A stretch of DNA of 64,000 nucleotides from Eledone cirrhosa. Taxonomy: Eukaryota. The stretch lies in the NCBI GenBank assembly GCA_964016885.1, contig OZ024741.1, forward strand, positions 11,408,001 through 11,472,000, written 5' to 3'. The notes below the pieces were generated by a model. That model was not told where the DNA came from. It did not search any database and saw only the letters and a list, made by a program, of their open reading frames with translations. The position numbers were made by a program, and so were the translations under genes. This document shows, piece by piece, positions 12,474 through 24,032 of this stretch. Positions within the stretch are counted from its first letter, which is position 1, and every line of letters starts with the position of its first letter.

Positions 12474-12790
12474 TACCGCGTGGTTAAACCACTGGGAGTG
12501 AAGGACCCCTAGACTTTGTCAGGGCATTCTTCTAGAAGAAGGCAACTCAGGAAACTGGGATAACGGCGATATAAAACCTGCGGCTCAGTAGTTACCGATG
12601 ATGTTGATCTTTTCTTCTTTTCGGGTTATAGCTACTGTCGCTCAGAGAGTGGGATTGGCTCAGTGCACAGTCTTTCCTCACTTTAAAAAGTATCTTCCCG
12701 CACAGGCATTGCACGATAGAATTAATTAATAATTATTAATAATGGAATATCGTGCAATGGCCATACTCGATAACGAGGGGGCAGCCATCA
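12474..12790 (+). mobile_element. ~315-bp non-autonomous interspersed repeat, probably RTE-related
   Basis: Close copy at 61860-62175 and a tail fragment on the minus strand at 46493-46531. Has a CTAG(A/G)AGAAGGCAACTC motif like RTE 5' UTRs and an internal hairpin CATTGCACGATA/TATCGTGCAATG. Confidence 0.7.
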
Positions 12791-12953
12791 TATATGTATG
12801 TATATATGTATGTATGTATGTATGTGTGTATGTGTGTGTGTGTGTATGCATGTGTGTATGCATGTATGTATGCATGTATGTATGTTGGTATATATATATA
12901 TATATATGTATGTATGTGTAGGTAGTGTGGTATTGTCTTAAAACGTATCTTAC

Positions 12954-13127
12954 CTGTTTAATCTTCTGAGCCTCCCACAACTGTTTGTTATGGATATTGT
13001 GAGGAAGCTGACCATTGTTGTAGAGTTCTAACAACTGGATGGATGACTGCAGTCTCTTGTCACTCACCAATAATGTCCTGGGGTCAATGACATCCAAGAA
13101 ATGGAGCAAACGGCCTCGGAACGTCTC
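12954..13127 (-). CDS. SFXN5: Sideroflexin-5-like, coding exon 2
   Basis: ETFRGRLLHFLDVIDPRTLLVSDKRLQSSIQLLELYNNGQLPHNIHNKQLWEAQKIKQ matches the SFXN5 pattern GRFRHFLDIIDPRTLFV...QLWSAQKIKQ (recalled). TTTTTAG acceptor and GTAAG donor; 174 bp, phase 0/0. Confidence 0.95.
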
Positions 13128-13242
13128 CTAAAAATAACAACAAGACTATATATGCCTGTATATATATGTATATATTTAATATAGAAAAGGTTTCTACGGG
13201 ACTAGAACTGTTTCATTTGGGAGAAATCATATATACATATAT

Positions 13243-13556
13243 ATATAAGTTAAAACAATGAAATAAAAATTCAAGTCAATAGGAATATACTTCACTGCTT
13301 TACGATCGTTTCTAGGTGATAATAATACATCGTACGCATATTTCGTTATCGATCTATGTAAGGTTAGTTACAAAATATCAAATATGGAATATATTTACCT
13401 ACGTGTATATTCCGTATTTGATATTTTGTAACTAACCTTACATAGATCGATAACGAAATATGCGTACGATGTATTATTATCACCTAGAAACGATCGTAAA
13501 GCAGTGAAGTATATTCCTAATGACTTGAATTTTTATTTCATTGTTTTGACTTATAT
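13243..13556. repeat. Near-perfect palindrome, ~150-bp arms with a 12-nt loop
   Basis: 13243-13393 is the reverse complement of 13406-13556 with about 3 mismatches. The right arm contains GAAACGATCGTA. Confidence 0.95.
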
Positions 13557-13625
13557 CATGACTCTGTTTTCCTTTTGATGTTTTATTGTTTTCCGGGATT
13601 TATTTTAACCTACAACATTTTTAAC

Positions 13626-15232
13626 ATCATCATCATCTTCGTTTAACGTCCATTTTCCACGCTAGCATGGGTTAGACGGGAGTTGTCCCACTTGAGGCAA
13701 GGTTGGTCGGGTGACCATGTCTCGCTCATATAGGACTATCTGGCAGGTTTTCTACGGCTGGATGCCCTTCCTAACACCAACCACATTTACAGTGTGGGAC
13801 TGGGAACTTTTTACCGTGTTACAGCGTGGACTGTGTGTTTTTCTCGTGACACCTACACGATCTCAATCTCATTTATTTGGACTGAATGTTGTGGTACCAA
13901 CTTTATAGAGAGAGGGTGGTGTTGGTGGGAGTGGAAGGATAGGGTAGGGGTTAGTGGGTTGGGGTGTATATTTGGTTAAGAGGTGCCTACTGACTGTAGG
14001 TTTCGCTTTGTACATAGGCAAGGCGGGTCTTCTGTATTACTGCGTAGCGCCAAAGATCTCGGTCCAGTGACATTGTCTTAGAGAGGTGCAAGTGTGTAAG
14101 GTCGGAATTTATCAGATCGTCCCAGGTTTTTCTGGGTCTACCTACTCCGTAACTACCATCAATTTTGATCGCCCTGCTCTTTTTTATACAGCTGTCGTCT
14201 TTCATGTGCATCACGTGGCCATACCAACGTAGTCTTCTCTCGAGTAAACAGCATCTGATCCTTCTTATTCCTAATTTCTTACTTAGTTCATTTATGCTTT
14301 GTCGTTCACGTATATTACTATTACACATCCAGCGGAGCATGCATGCTTCGTTCCTTTCCGGTCTACGCAGGTCCTCTGCACGTAATGCCCATGTCTCACT
14401 GCCATGTAGCATTGCTGTTCGTATGCAGGCATCATACAATCTGCCTTTGATTTTTAGAGAGAAACCTTTTGTGGCCAACAGCAGTATAAGCTCTCTGAAC
14501 TTTTTCCATCCCGTTCTGACTCTGGCTACTGTACTTTCAGAACACCCTCCACCACTGCTGATTTTGTCACCCAGGTAACGGAAAGTGTCTACTATTTCTA
14601 TAGAACCATCTGGGCAATAGAAGGGGCTAGTATCCTGTGTACACTTGCTACCTATTGCACCTGAGCATCGGCCACATATAAAGTCTACGTTCTTAGATAG
14701 TTTACCTGTGATACCACTACATCTTTTATGTACCCATACTTTGCATTTGGGACATAAAATTGAATTTCTGCCTAGTCCTTTCCTACACACTGAGCAAGGC
14801 CATTTCGCTGAGGGTACCTGTGCCTTATTTTCTTTTCTACAAACTAGGACTTTAGTCTTAGACAGGTTAATTTTAAGGCCTTTTGATTCTAGGCCATGCT
14901 TCCATGTTTGGAATTTCTTCTCTAGTTCGGCCATTGATTCAGCTATGAGCGTTAGATCATCTGCGTATAGGAGTTCCCATGGGCAGCCGGTCTTGAACTC
15001 CTCTGTTATAGCCTGAAGGGCAATAATAAATAGGAGGGGGCTAAGGACAGAGCCTTGGTGAACACCAACTTTTACACTAAATTCTTCACAATATTCATTG
15101 TTAATTCTAACCTTACTGACTGTTTCATTATACATAGCTTGTATAGCTCTCACAAGCCCTTCATCTACACCTAGTTTTCTAAGAGCCCACCAGATAATGG
15201 AGCGGGGGACTCTGTCAAAGGCTTTTTCCAAC
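13626..15232 (-). mobile_element. 5'-truncated RTE-clade LINE: RT, PHD-like Cys cluster, C-terminus, 3' UTR and (GAT)n tail
   Basis: LEKAFDRVP, GVHQGSVLSPLLF, LLYADDL, CSVC...CPKC..WVHKRC...CGRC, FRYLG, LHGSETW and RRLRWYGHV in an open frame ending at 13987. Confidence 0.92.
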
Positions 15233-15292
15233 ATATGGATTATATTGAGTTCTTCATGCAGACTAGACCCCACAACTAACCGTGGATATTTC

Positions 15293-15323
<31 letters not shown>

Positions 15324-15437
15324 CAAAGAAGACCAGACTCCCCATGGGCACAGACCGAAGTATATATACAGTATACACCATTCCACCCCAACCTCCCATA
15401 CATCTCCCATGAGGACAGGCCGAAGTATAAATATACC

Positions 15438-15892
15438 CACACTGTAAAGTGGTCATGTAGGTGTCATGACAAAAAGCACCCAGTAACTCTGTAAAATGAT
15501 CATGTAGGTGTCATGACAAAAAGCACCCAGTCCACACTGTAAAGTGGTTGTGTAGGTGTCATGACAAAAAGCACCCAATCCACTCTGTAAAGTGGTCATG
15601 TAGGTGTCATTACAAAAAGCACCCAGTCCATACTGTAAAGTGGTCGTGTAGGTGTCATGACAAAAATTACCCAGTACTCACTGTAAAGTGGTCATGTAGG
15701 TGTCATGAAAAAAGCCCCCAGTACTCACTGTAAATGAGGTTGGTGTTAAGAAGGGCATCCAGCTGTAGAAATCAAGCCAAAATCAGTTCTGTATGAGCAA
15801 GACATGGTCACCTGACCTGGCATTGCCCACAACAGGACAACTTGTTTAACCCATGCTAGCAGGGTAAAATGGAAGTAAAACAGTGATGATGA
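15438..15892 (+). repeat. SINE/RTE tail carrying ~6 tandem copies of a ~47-48-bp internal unit
   Basis: CACTGTAAAGTGGTCATGTAGGTGTCATGACAAAAAGCACCCAGT is repeated over 15438-15730, followed by the normal tail. Confidence 0.85.
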
Positions 15893-15946
15893 TATTTATA
15901 TATATATATATATATGCTTTAACATGTATATATATATATGTGTTTG

Positions 15947-15976
<30 letters not shown>

Positions 15977-15978
<2 letters not shown>

Positions 15979-16092
15979 GGAACGAGTAGGACCCCAACGG
16001 CTGAGCTCAAGCCATTTCGACGGCTAATTCTGAGTCCAGAATTAGCCGTCGAAACGGCATGAGCTCAGCCGTCGGGGTCCTACTCGTTCCTA
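15977..16092. repeat. Palindrome (~56-bp arms, AGTC loop) built from the 3' half of a hammerhead-like motif
   Basis: The right arm reads GAAACGGC-ATGAGCTCA-GCCGTC-GGGGTC. The same motif occurs unpaired at 7334-7383. Confidence 0.85.
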
Positions 16093-16224
16093 TTACCCAC
16101 TCTACTACCCTAAGTATTGAGTACTTTGGTGCGTTATGGTTCGTCTGGTTCCTTACCACATTTCCTTCGCTATATATATATATATATATATATATATGAC
16201 TTAACATATCCTCAAAAATGTTGA

Positions 16225-16725
16225 ATAATATGCAGCAGATAGAGTGGCCAGGAGAAATGCCATTTGGAATGAAGTTAAATCATTTGAAATGGAGAGAGTA
16301 AAACATGCAGAACTGAAAAGAAAAGTGCAGAATAATGAGACCAACAATAATATTGATAAATCTTATCCAGCATTGGTTTTCAAATGCCCTGTGTGCCCTA
16401 AGGTGTGCCTTTTAAACGCTGGCTTGAAGTCACACCAACAAGTACATGACGGTAAAGTCCAAATTGATTATAATCAATTATAATTGATAATTAATCAATT
16501 AATCAATTATAATTAATAATTATTAAGCTTTGTTACAGAGAATTTGTTCCAGTGCAAGGTTTGTCAGAAAATGTACAAATCGGGTGGATTGAAGCGACAT
16601 CTGAACATACACAATAAGCAAATCCAAGGTGGAAACAAGCACGAAATGAGACATTGTTGTACTATTTGTGATAGGTGTTTCACAGGCTTTCAGGACTCAA
16701 AAGCCATTTGAGATCTCATGCCAGG
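16225..16725 (+). mobile_element. 3' end of an RTE(BovB-like) LINE with three C2H2 zinc fingers, decayed
   Basis: SFEMERVKHAELKRK, then FKCPVCPKVCLLNAGLKSHQQVH, FQCKVCQK...GLKRHLNIH and a frameshifted CTICDRCF...GLKSHLRSH. Confidence 0.65.
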
Positions 16726-18457
16726 AAGGAACAGACATAAAGTGCAAAAGAGGTCAATTATTAGATTCTGCAAGTGTTGTATCAATATGTATTAATTACA
16801 TTAAAATGTTGCTGGATATAGATAAACAAAATGTTATAAGTGTGTGTGTGGGGGGGGCGGGGGGAAATAAAAGTGGGTTGTGGTGGAAAAAATCTGGAAA
16901 ATTAAAAAGCAGGGGATGCGATTATTCAAGACCTGGGTGCATCATTTTATAGTTACACCAAACACTAGAGAGGTTGTTTTGTCCACTCAATCCTATATTG
17001 CCCCAACTTGTTTGTCACCCATTCTACAGAGTGTACTGAATGTATTTGTGCAAGTCACCAACACTAGAGGGGCTGTTATGTCTAGAACAAGACTAAGGGT
17101 TTTTCTCAACCCTATGTTATCCTTATTTGTTTGCCAATCATTTTACATAGTGTAGGGAACACATCTATTGTGGCACCAGTACTAGTATATTTATCTAGAA
17201 TAAACTACTCACAACTTAATATTGTCAATAATTCTAACAGCTTAATTAATTATATTATTATAATTAGAGACTAATGCAGTTAATTGGCAGAGTCATTAGA
17301 ACGTCAGATAGAATACTTTGTGGTATGTTTTTTGGCTGTCTGTTCTTGGAGTTCAAACCCTGCTGAGGTCAACTTTGCTTTTCATCCTTTCAAGGTTGAT
17401 AAAAAATGTACCAGTGACGTACTGGGGTTGATTCTTCTTCTATATCTCTTTCTCACTTCCATTCTCTCATTCTCTATTCTTCTCTGGAAGAAATAATGGA
17501 GAGGGATGGGCTCTACCAGGTTTTAAAAAGTGTGCTAGAAATGCTGTATAACCCCGAGCAAGATGGTTGGATAACATTCATGAGCTTCGCTAGTTTCACT
17601 TGAGGATCCAGCTGGAGATGGTTGTTTCTGACAGGACACACTGGAAGGAATGTTTGAGGGCTCTGACCCAACGACACGAAGAAGACGAAGACGAAGAAGA
17701 AGACATCATTTCTGTTGTAACAGTGAACAAATGTCCCTTCTCTGTGGCTTATATGGCAATACATCGCTCCATTATTAAATGTCTCCTTTAGATGTCAATC
17801 TACTCCTCAGACAAGAAAGCACATATTCCCTACATGGAACTAAACTGAAACATGTAGAATTTAGTTCTCTGCTAAAAGACAACAAAATAACTAAGATGGT
17901 CAGCTGAGAAGTTCATAGGATGACTATGAAGGAGTGATGCTAGTGCTGTGAAATCCTGCATGCCTTAATTTCAACTTTTCTTATTAATAACTGTATTGTT
18001 TCTTTCTAGGGACTATGTTGAAAAACAAACCTCATTTGGTCATTCCATGAGAGTATCTTGGTCAGCCTATGGAATTTTAGCTGATCTTCGTACATCAGGT
18101 TTGAACTGAAGATTCATGAGTTAGAAGGTCAATATTCTATATTTACATACAGTAGGAGCAAGCATGGCTGTGTGGTTAAGAAGTTCACTTTACAACCACA
18201 TAGTTTCAAGTTTGATCTAATGCATGGCACCTTCGGCATGTGTCTTTTAGTATAACTTTGAGTTGACCAATAAATTGTGAATAAATTTAGTAGATGGAAA
18301 CTGTGTGGAAGTCCACCCTGTCAAATCTCTCCACATATGGCACCCACCAATGACATACATCCTGACCATTCCTGTCTGGGAGGGTAGAGAGGGATCTCCA
18401 GCTGTGTACAATAAATGCAACCAGTACTCTCTATAAGGTGGTTAGTGATAGTAAGGG

Positions 18458-18633
18458 CTCACCACTGTGTAAACCATACCAAAAAGAGTCAAGAGGACAC
18501 ATTAATTATATAGCTTCATATGCAAATGAGGCTAATCAGCCCATCTCACCACTGTGTAAACCATACCAAAAAGAGTCAAGAGGACACATTAATTATATAG
18601 CTTCATATGCAAATGAGGCTAATCAGCCCATCT
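18458..18633. repeat. Perfect 87-bp tandem duplication
   Basis: 18458-18544 equals 18545-18631; each copy contains ATGCAAAT. Confidence 0.95.
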
Positions 18634-18974
18634 GCACAGGCAAAAATACCACATATTTCCACCCGTTTTAAATTCCTGCCGTAAGCAAGGGGAAAGCATT
18701 GTCCTAATGAGAGCCAGAGCTCCAAATGAATAGACAGTTATCCTCCGCTGTTTCTGCTAGGATCTGCTAGATGGCGCTGGTCATCATCCTTCTATTCATA
18801 GCTGGGCATTCAAAATGTTTATTTATTAAACATAACATATATCTTTAGATATAAGAAATTCACATATACGTATGTATACAGCTATGCTGAAGCAAAATTT
18901 ATATATATATATATATATATCGTTTCTGAATTTGTTTAGCACGATTCTTTATCTGAAATCGTGTGTTGAAACCG

Positions 18975-19206
18975 ATATTGTTATACTTTGGGAGGGTCAT
19001 GTTGCCAATAAGAAACACACGCACCAGTTGCTTTCACTTCAATTTATTATATATAAACAACTATCTGGTTGTGGAACCAACCAACCAACCAGAAAGTTAT
19101 AGATTTGTAGATTTGTAAATTTATAAATATATAATAAATTGAAGTGAAAGCAACTGGTGCGTGTGTTTCTTATTGGCAACATGACCCTCCCAAAGTATAA
19201 CAATAT
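18975..19206. repeat. Inverted repeat with ~80-bp arms
   Basis: ATATTGTTATACTTTGGGAGGGTCATGTTGCC...TTCAATTTATTATAT is the reverse complement of about 19126-19206; the spacer has its own TCTGGTTG/CAACCAGA hairpin. Confidence 0.92.
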
Positions 19207-19222
19207 ATATATATATATATAC

Positions 19223-19585
19223 ATTAAACATACGGTATATTGCCAAATATACTATACATACATTCATGTATATATCGCTATTTCAGAACACCAATCCTAA
19301 TACCTAATTTTGTCTCGACCAACAATCGCGCTGTATAATCAGCTCCTGATTATTACTGGAATTCTATAAGAATCCAGCTTCTATAATTTTCGGTGGAAGC
19401 AGGGAGTGCGTGACTCTGATGATCGCCAACCAGCGTGAAACAGACTGTCAGCCTCTCTCCCTTCTTTCGCCGAAAAGAAGTAAGTGACATAGTCACTACT
19501 TTAAAACTGATAGCGTATGGTCTTCTAAATGTTTTTAATTAAACATACGGTATGTTGCCATATATACTATACATACATTCATATA
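19223..19585 (+). mobile_element. ~315-bp hammerhead-bearing unit with terminal direct repeat (retrozyme or Penelope pLTR-like)
   Basis: ATTAAACATACGGTAT(A/G)TTGCCA(A/T)ATATACTATACATACATTCAT starts at 19223 and again at 19538 (spacing 315); hammerhead at 19387-19476. Confidence 0.75.
19387..19476 (+). ncRNA. Type I hammerhead ribozyme with conserved core nucleotides
   Basis: Long stem I (TTTTCGG/CCGAAAA, AGGGAG/CTCCCT, GACT/AGCC with one mismatch); CTGATGA 19416-19422; stem II CGC-CAACCA-GCG preceded by a U-U pair; GAAA 19437-19440; stem III ACAG-A-CTGT; GTC with predicted cleavage after 19449. Confidence 0.78.
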
Positions 19586-20858
19586 TATATATGTGTGTGT
19601 TTGTCATGAGGGACAAGGCAGGGTTTTATCAATCTTGGCTTATATATTTGTTAATCCTTATCTATTTCCTTATCTAAACACACACACACACACACACACA
19701 CAGAAACACACACACAGACACACACACAAAACACACATGAATTCTTTTTGAGGATGTGACAATGTTATACCTGTGTGTATATATATGTGTGTATGTATGT
19801 TTGTGTGTGTGCGTGTGTGTATATCTGTGTATGTATATGTCCATGTAAAGTAGACTGTGTAACAGTCACCATATATTTTCAGATCTAATCACACAAGTGA
19901 CACACAGACACCTGATGTTTCCCACTGTTATTGACCTGACTAATGTCGCAGTAAAGGGCCAGAAAGTTCCTCTCTAAGGTGCAAGCCATGGTGAGGTGTT
20001 TTATAGAACATCAGTTGTCATTCTTGTATGACAGTCTTCCATCTTCATGTCACAATTGTTATCCAAGGGAAAGACAGAGGCTGACAGCTTGGCACCAGTG
20101 ATGTCACAACTCATATATATACATTACCTTTGTGTGGACTTTTCCATGCTGGCATGGGTTGGATAGGACTTTTTGAGGTAATTTTTTACAGCTGAATGTG
20201 CTTCCTGACACCAACCCTTTTAGTCAGTTTTTACAACACACAGGAGATACAGTGTACCTATTGTAAACCAGATACACACAATTCTTATATACACTATATA
20301 TGACATTTTGTCAAATGAAAAAGGCAAAGATTGATACAGCTTGATACCAGTGCCATTCAACAGAGTAGAAGGGAAAATGTACAAGGGTACAATGTACAAG
20401 GGCCGAGCCAAAGAATCAAAATCATGACTTCATGACTATGAGTCCAACACCCTAACCATTAACCTACATACACTGGCCAACTTTACATGCTACTAAAATA
20501 CTCATTTATTAAAACCCTTTTGATACCAACCCACATGAAACTGCCCCTTGTGTTATGATACAAAACTGCACATTTTAAAATTATCATCATCACCGTTTTT
20601 CCATGCTTGCATGGGTTGGACGGGTCCTTTTCAGCATCTCTTCACTTGTTGCATTCCTTCATCATCTCCTCTGTGAGTCTCAGTAATTTAAGGTCAGCTC
20701 TCACCACATGTGCCCAGGTCTTTCTCAGTCTACCTATACTGTGCCTTCCTTCCACTGGCATTTCTTGGAACTTCTTCACCCAGCGATCATCATCCACACA
20801 TATCACATGTCCGTATCAACGCAGTCTTCTCTCTTGCACACCACCAGATTCCTCTTAA

Positions 20859-21069
20859 CCCTTTAACATTTACATTACTCTATATATACTATTGTATTTT
20901 TGTGGTAAAGGTACATAATTATCTCATAATATCGAGTCTATGGAATTTTGATATTATTAATTTTGAGAACAATACCTTAACATTAGTATGAGTGGCCGGT
21001 TATGGCCAGTTTGAACAGAAAGAGGTGAAAGAATTCTGGCCGGATATGGCCGGTTTAAATGCTAAAGGG
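20859..21069. mobile_element. 211-bp piggyBac-like MITE
   Basis: TTAA at 20855-20858 and 21070-21073; TIR CCCTTTA(A/G)CATTTA. The empty site (a single TTAA) is seen in the RTE copy near 476. Confidence 0.88.
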
Positions 21070-21170
21070 TTAAACCCGGTTTCTCCCTCAGTTCATCCAA
21101 ACTTTGCCTTTCTCTCACACTTACATTGCACATCCAACGAAGTATAGTAGCTTCATTTCTCTCCTCTCTA

Positions 21171-22160
21171 TGCATGTCTTCTGCAGTCACTTCCCATGTT
21201 TCACTACCATGTAGCACCACATGTCTTCTGCAGTCACTTCCCATGTTTCACTACCATGTAGCACCACATGTCTTCTGCAGTCACTACCCATGTTTCACTA
21301 CCATGTGGCACCACATGTCCTCTGTAGTCACTACCCATGCTTCACTACCATGTAGCACCACATGTCTTCTGCAGTCACATCCCATGTTTCACTACCATGT
21401 AGCACCACATGTCTTCTGCAGTCACATCCCATGTTTCACTACCGTGTAGCCCCACATGTCTTCTGCAGTCACTGCCCATGTTTCACTACCATGTAGCACC
21501 ACATGTTCTCTGCAGTCACTACCCATGTTTCACTACCATGTAGCACCACATGTCTTCTTCAGTCACTGTCCATGTTACACTACCATGCAGCACCACATGT
21601 CTTCTGCAGTCACTGTCCATGTTTCACTACCATGCAGCACCACATGTCTTCTGCAATCACTGTCCATGTTTCACTACCATGCAGCACCACATGTCTTCTG
21701 CAGTCACTGTCCATGTTTCACTACCATGCAGCATCACATGTCTTCTGCAGTCACTGCCCATGTTTCACTACCATGTAGCACCACATGTCTTCTGCAGTCA
21801 CTGTCCATGTTACACTACCATGCAGCACCACATGTCTTCTGCAGTCACTGTCCATGTTTCACTACCATGCAGCATCACATGTCTTCTGCAGTCACTGCCC
21901 ATGTTTCACTACCATGTAGCACCACATGTCTTCTGCAGTCACTGTCCATGTTTCACTACCATGCAGCATCACATGTCTTCTGCAGTCACTGTCCATGTTT
22001 CACTACCATGTAGCACCACATGTCTTCTGCAGTCACTGTCCATGTTACACTACCATGCAGCACCACATGTCTTCTGCAGTCACTGTCCATGTTTCACTAC
22101 CATGCAGCACCACATGTCTTCTGCAGTCACTGTCCATGTTTCACTACCATGCAGCATCAC
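21171..22160. repeat. 47-bp minisatellite (~21 copies) amplified from RTE coding sequence
   Basis: Unit ATGTCTTCTGCAGTCACTGTCCATGTTTCACTACCATGCAGCACCAC is the reverse complement of the VLHGSETW...AEDM segment. Confidence 0.93.
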
Positions 22161-22479
22161 ACTTCACACACAGGCATCATAGTCATCCTTTTGTTCATAG
22201 GGATAAAATGTTCACAATATTAAAACTTTCTGTCAACCTTATTTAAGAAATTTAGTTAAGTAATTTTCGAAACAGAAGTTAATTAATAAAAACTTAGTTA
22301 TTATTAATTTCTTCCAATTTCTGACTATTTTCAAAATCTATTGTAAGGCAGTGTATTTCATTAGAAATATGGTGACAGAAAGAGTTAAAACTCAACTCTT
22401 ACCACATATGTCCTTGAAATTATATAAACTGTTGAGGAAACTGGTTGACATGTTGGTTTGGGATGAGGTTTTTTACTTG

Positions 22480-23224
22480 TGAAGTGTGTGTGTATGTGTG
22501 TGCATGTGTGTGTGTGTGCATGCGTGTGTATGCTTGCGTATGTGTGTGTGTATGTGTGTGTGTGTGTGCATGCGTGTGTATGTGTGTGTGTGTGTGTTAG
22601 AATGAGATTGCTATATAAGTACATGTGAGTGTGTTGTGACATGAGTGTATGTGTATGAGGAGAGTTCTATATATGTACATAAGTCTGTATATAGGGGAGA
22701 CATCTATATATGTACATGTGTGTATAGTGGAGATGTCTATTTATGTAGATAAGTGTGTGTGTATGAGATGAGTGCTTTATATGTACATGTGTGAAGAGAC
22801 CTCTCTATATATGTACATGTGTGTGTGAGGAAACCTCTCTCTATATATGTACATGTGTCAGTGTGTGTGTCAAATCTCCCACCCTTACATGTTTGTGTGT
22901 GAGGGATCTCTCTCTATATGTATGTGTCAAATCTCCCACCCTTACATGTGTGTGTGTGAGGGATCTCTCTCTCTATATGTGTGTCATTACAACCAAACAG
23001 AACACTAACCTTTTCAATCAGGTCATGCAATGAAAACCACATATTGTTGATTTTTATTGTCAGATATATGTTACTGTCCACCCATTGTGTGTGTGATATG
23101 TACGTGTGTGTGTGTTTGTGTGTACGTGTGTAAATGTACGTGTGTGTGTAAATGTGTGTGTGTACGTGTGTGTGTGTAAATGTGTGTGTGTGTGCATGTA
23201 AGTGTGTGTGTGTGTGCGTATGTG

Positions 23225-23264
<40 letters not shown>

Positions 23265-23370
23265 TGTGTGTACATGTGAGTGTGTGTGTATGTGTGAGAG
23301 AGAGAGTGTGTGTGTGTGTGTGAGTGAGTGTGTGAATGAGTGTATGATATGTGTGATAAGTGTGTGTGAC
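22480..23370. repeat. (TG)n-rich compound microsatellite
   Basis: Directly visible. Confidence 0.9.
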
Positions 23371-23656
23371 ATTTGACATTACTGGGAACAAAGGTCAAAT
23401 CTATTACTGACACAGTCAAAATTTAGGTTGCTATAATCACTGGTAGACCATAGACTGAAATGTATTGTAGCTATCACATCATCACCATTTAACAGCCATT
23501 GCCATGCTAGCATGGGTTAGACAAGTTATCCTATTGTGAGACAAGTCAGGTGACCATGTCTTGCTCATACAGAACTGTTTCTGGCCTGGTTTCTATGACA
23601 AGATGCCCTTCCTAAGGCCAACCATATTTACAATGAGGACTATGTACATATGTGTG

Positions 23657-23691
<35 letters not shown>

Positions 23692-24032
23692 GAAGGTGTG
23701 AGGCTGAGTGGTTTGAGAATTGGATTCACAATTGTGAGGTTGTGCATTTGATTCCTGGACCGAGTCATGTGTTATGTCCTTGAGCAAGACACTTTATTTC
23801 ACGTTGTTCCTTCTACCTGGAGTTGCGACTGATAGAGAGTATTAGCAACTGGAAAGACCAACGGAAACATTGTTTCCTCGGTCTAATTTGATGAAAAGTC
23901 GATCAACTATCATATATCCAAAATGGCTGACTGAATATACATGATTTCCCCCATTTTTTTCTCATCCCCCCCCCCCCGTTCCTTTCTCTTCTCACTCTTT
24001 ATCTTTGCATTTATCTTCTATTTCTAACTCTA

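Larger units (their letters stand above)
20590..22190 (-). mobile_element. RTE LINE fragment interrupted by a MITE and by an internal minisatellite
   Basis: Reverse complement of about 300-740, with internal deletions; colinear on both sides of the two interruptions. Confidence 0.85.

Noticed and set aside
12726-13109. 127-aa ORF as a complete gene
   Set aside because: Only the part within 12954-13127 is exon; the rest is intron and microsatellite read-through.
21126-22246. Cys/His-rich repeat protein ORFs
   Set aside because: Read-through of the 47-bp minisatellite on the antisense strand of an RTE fragment.
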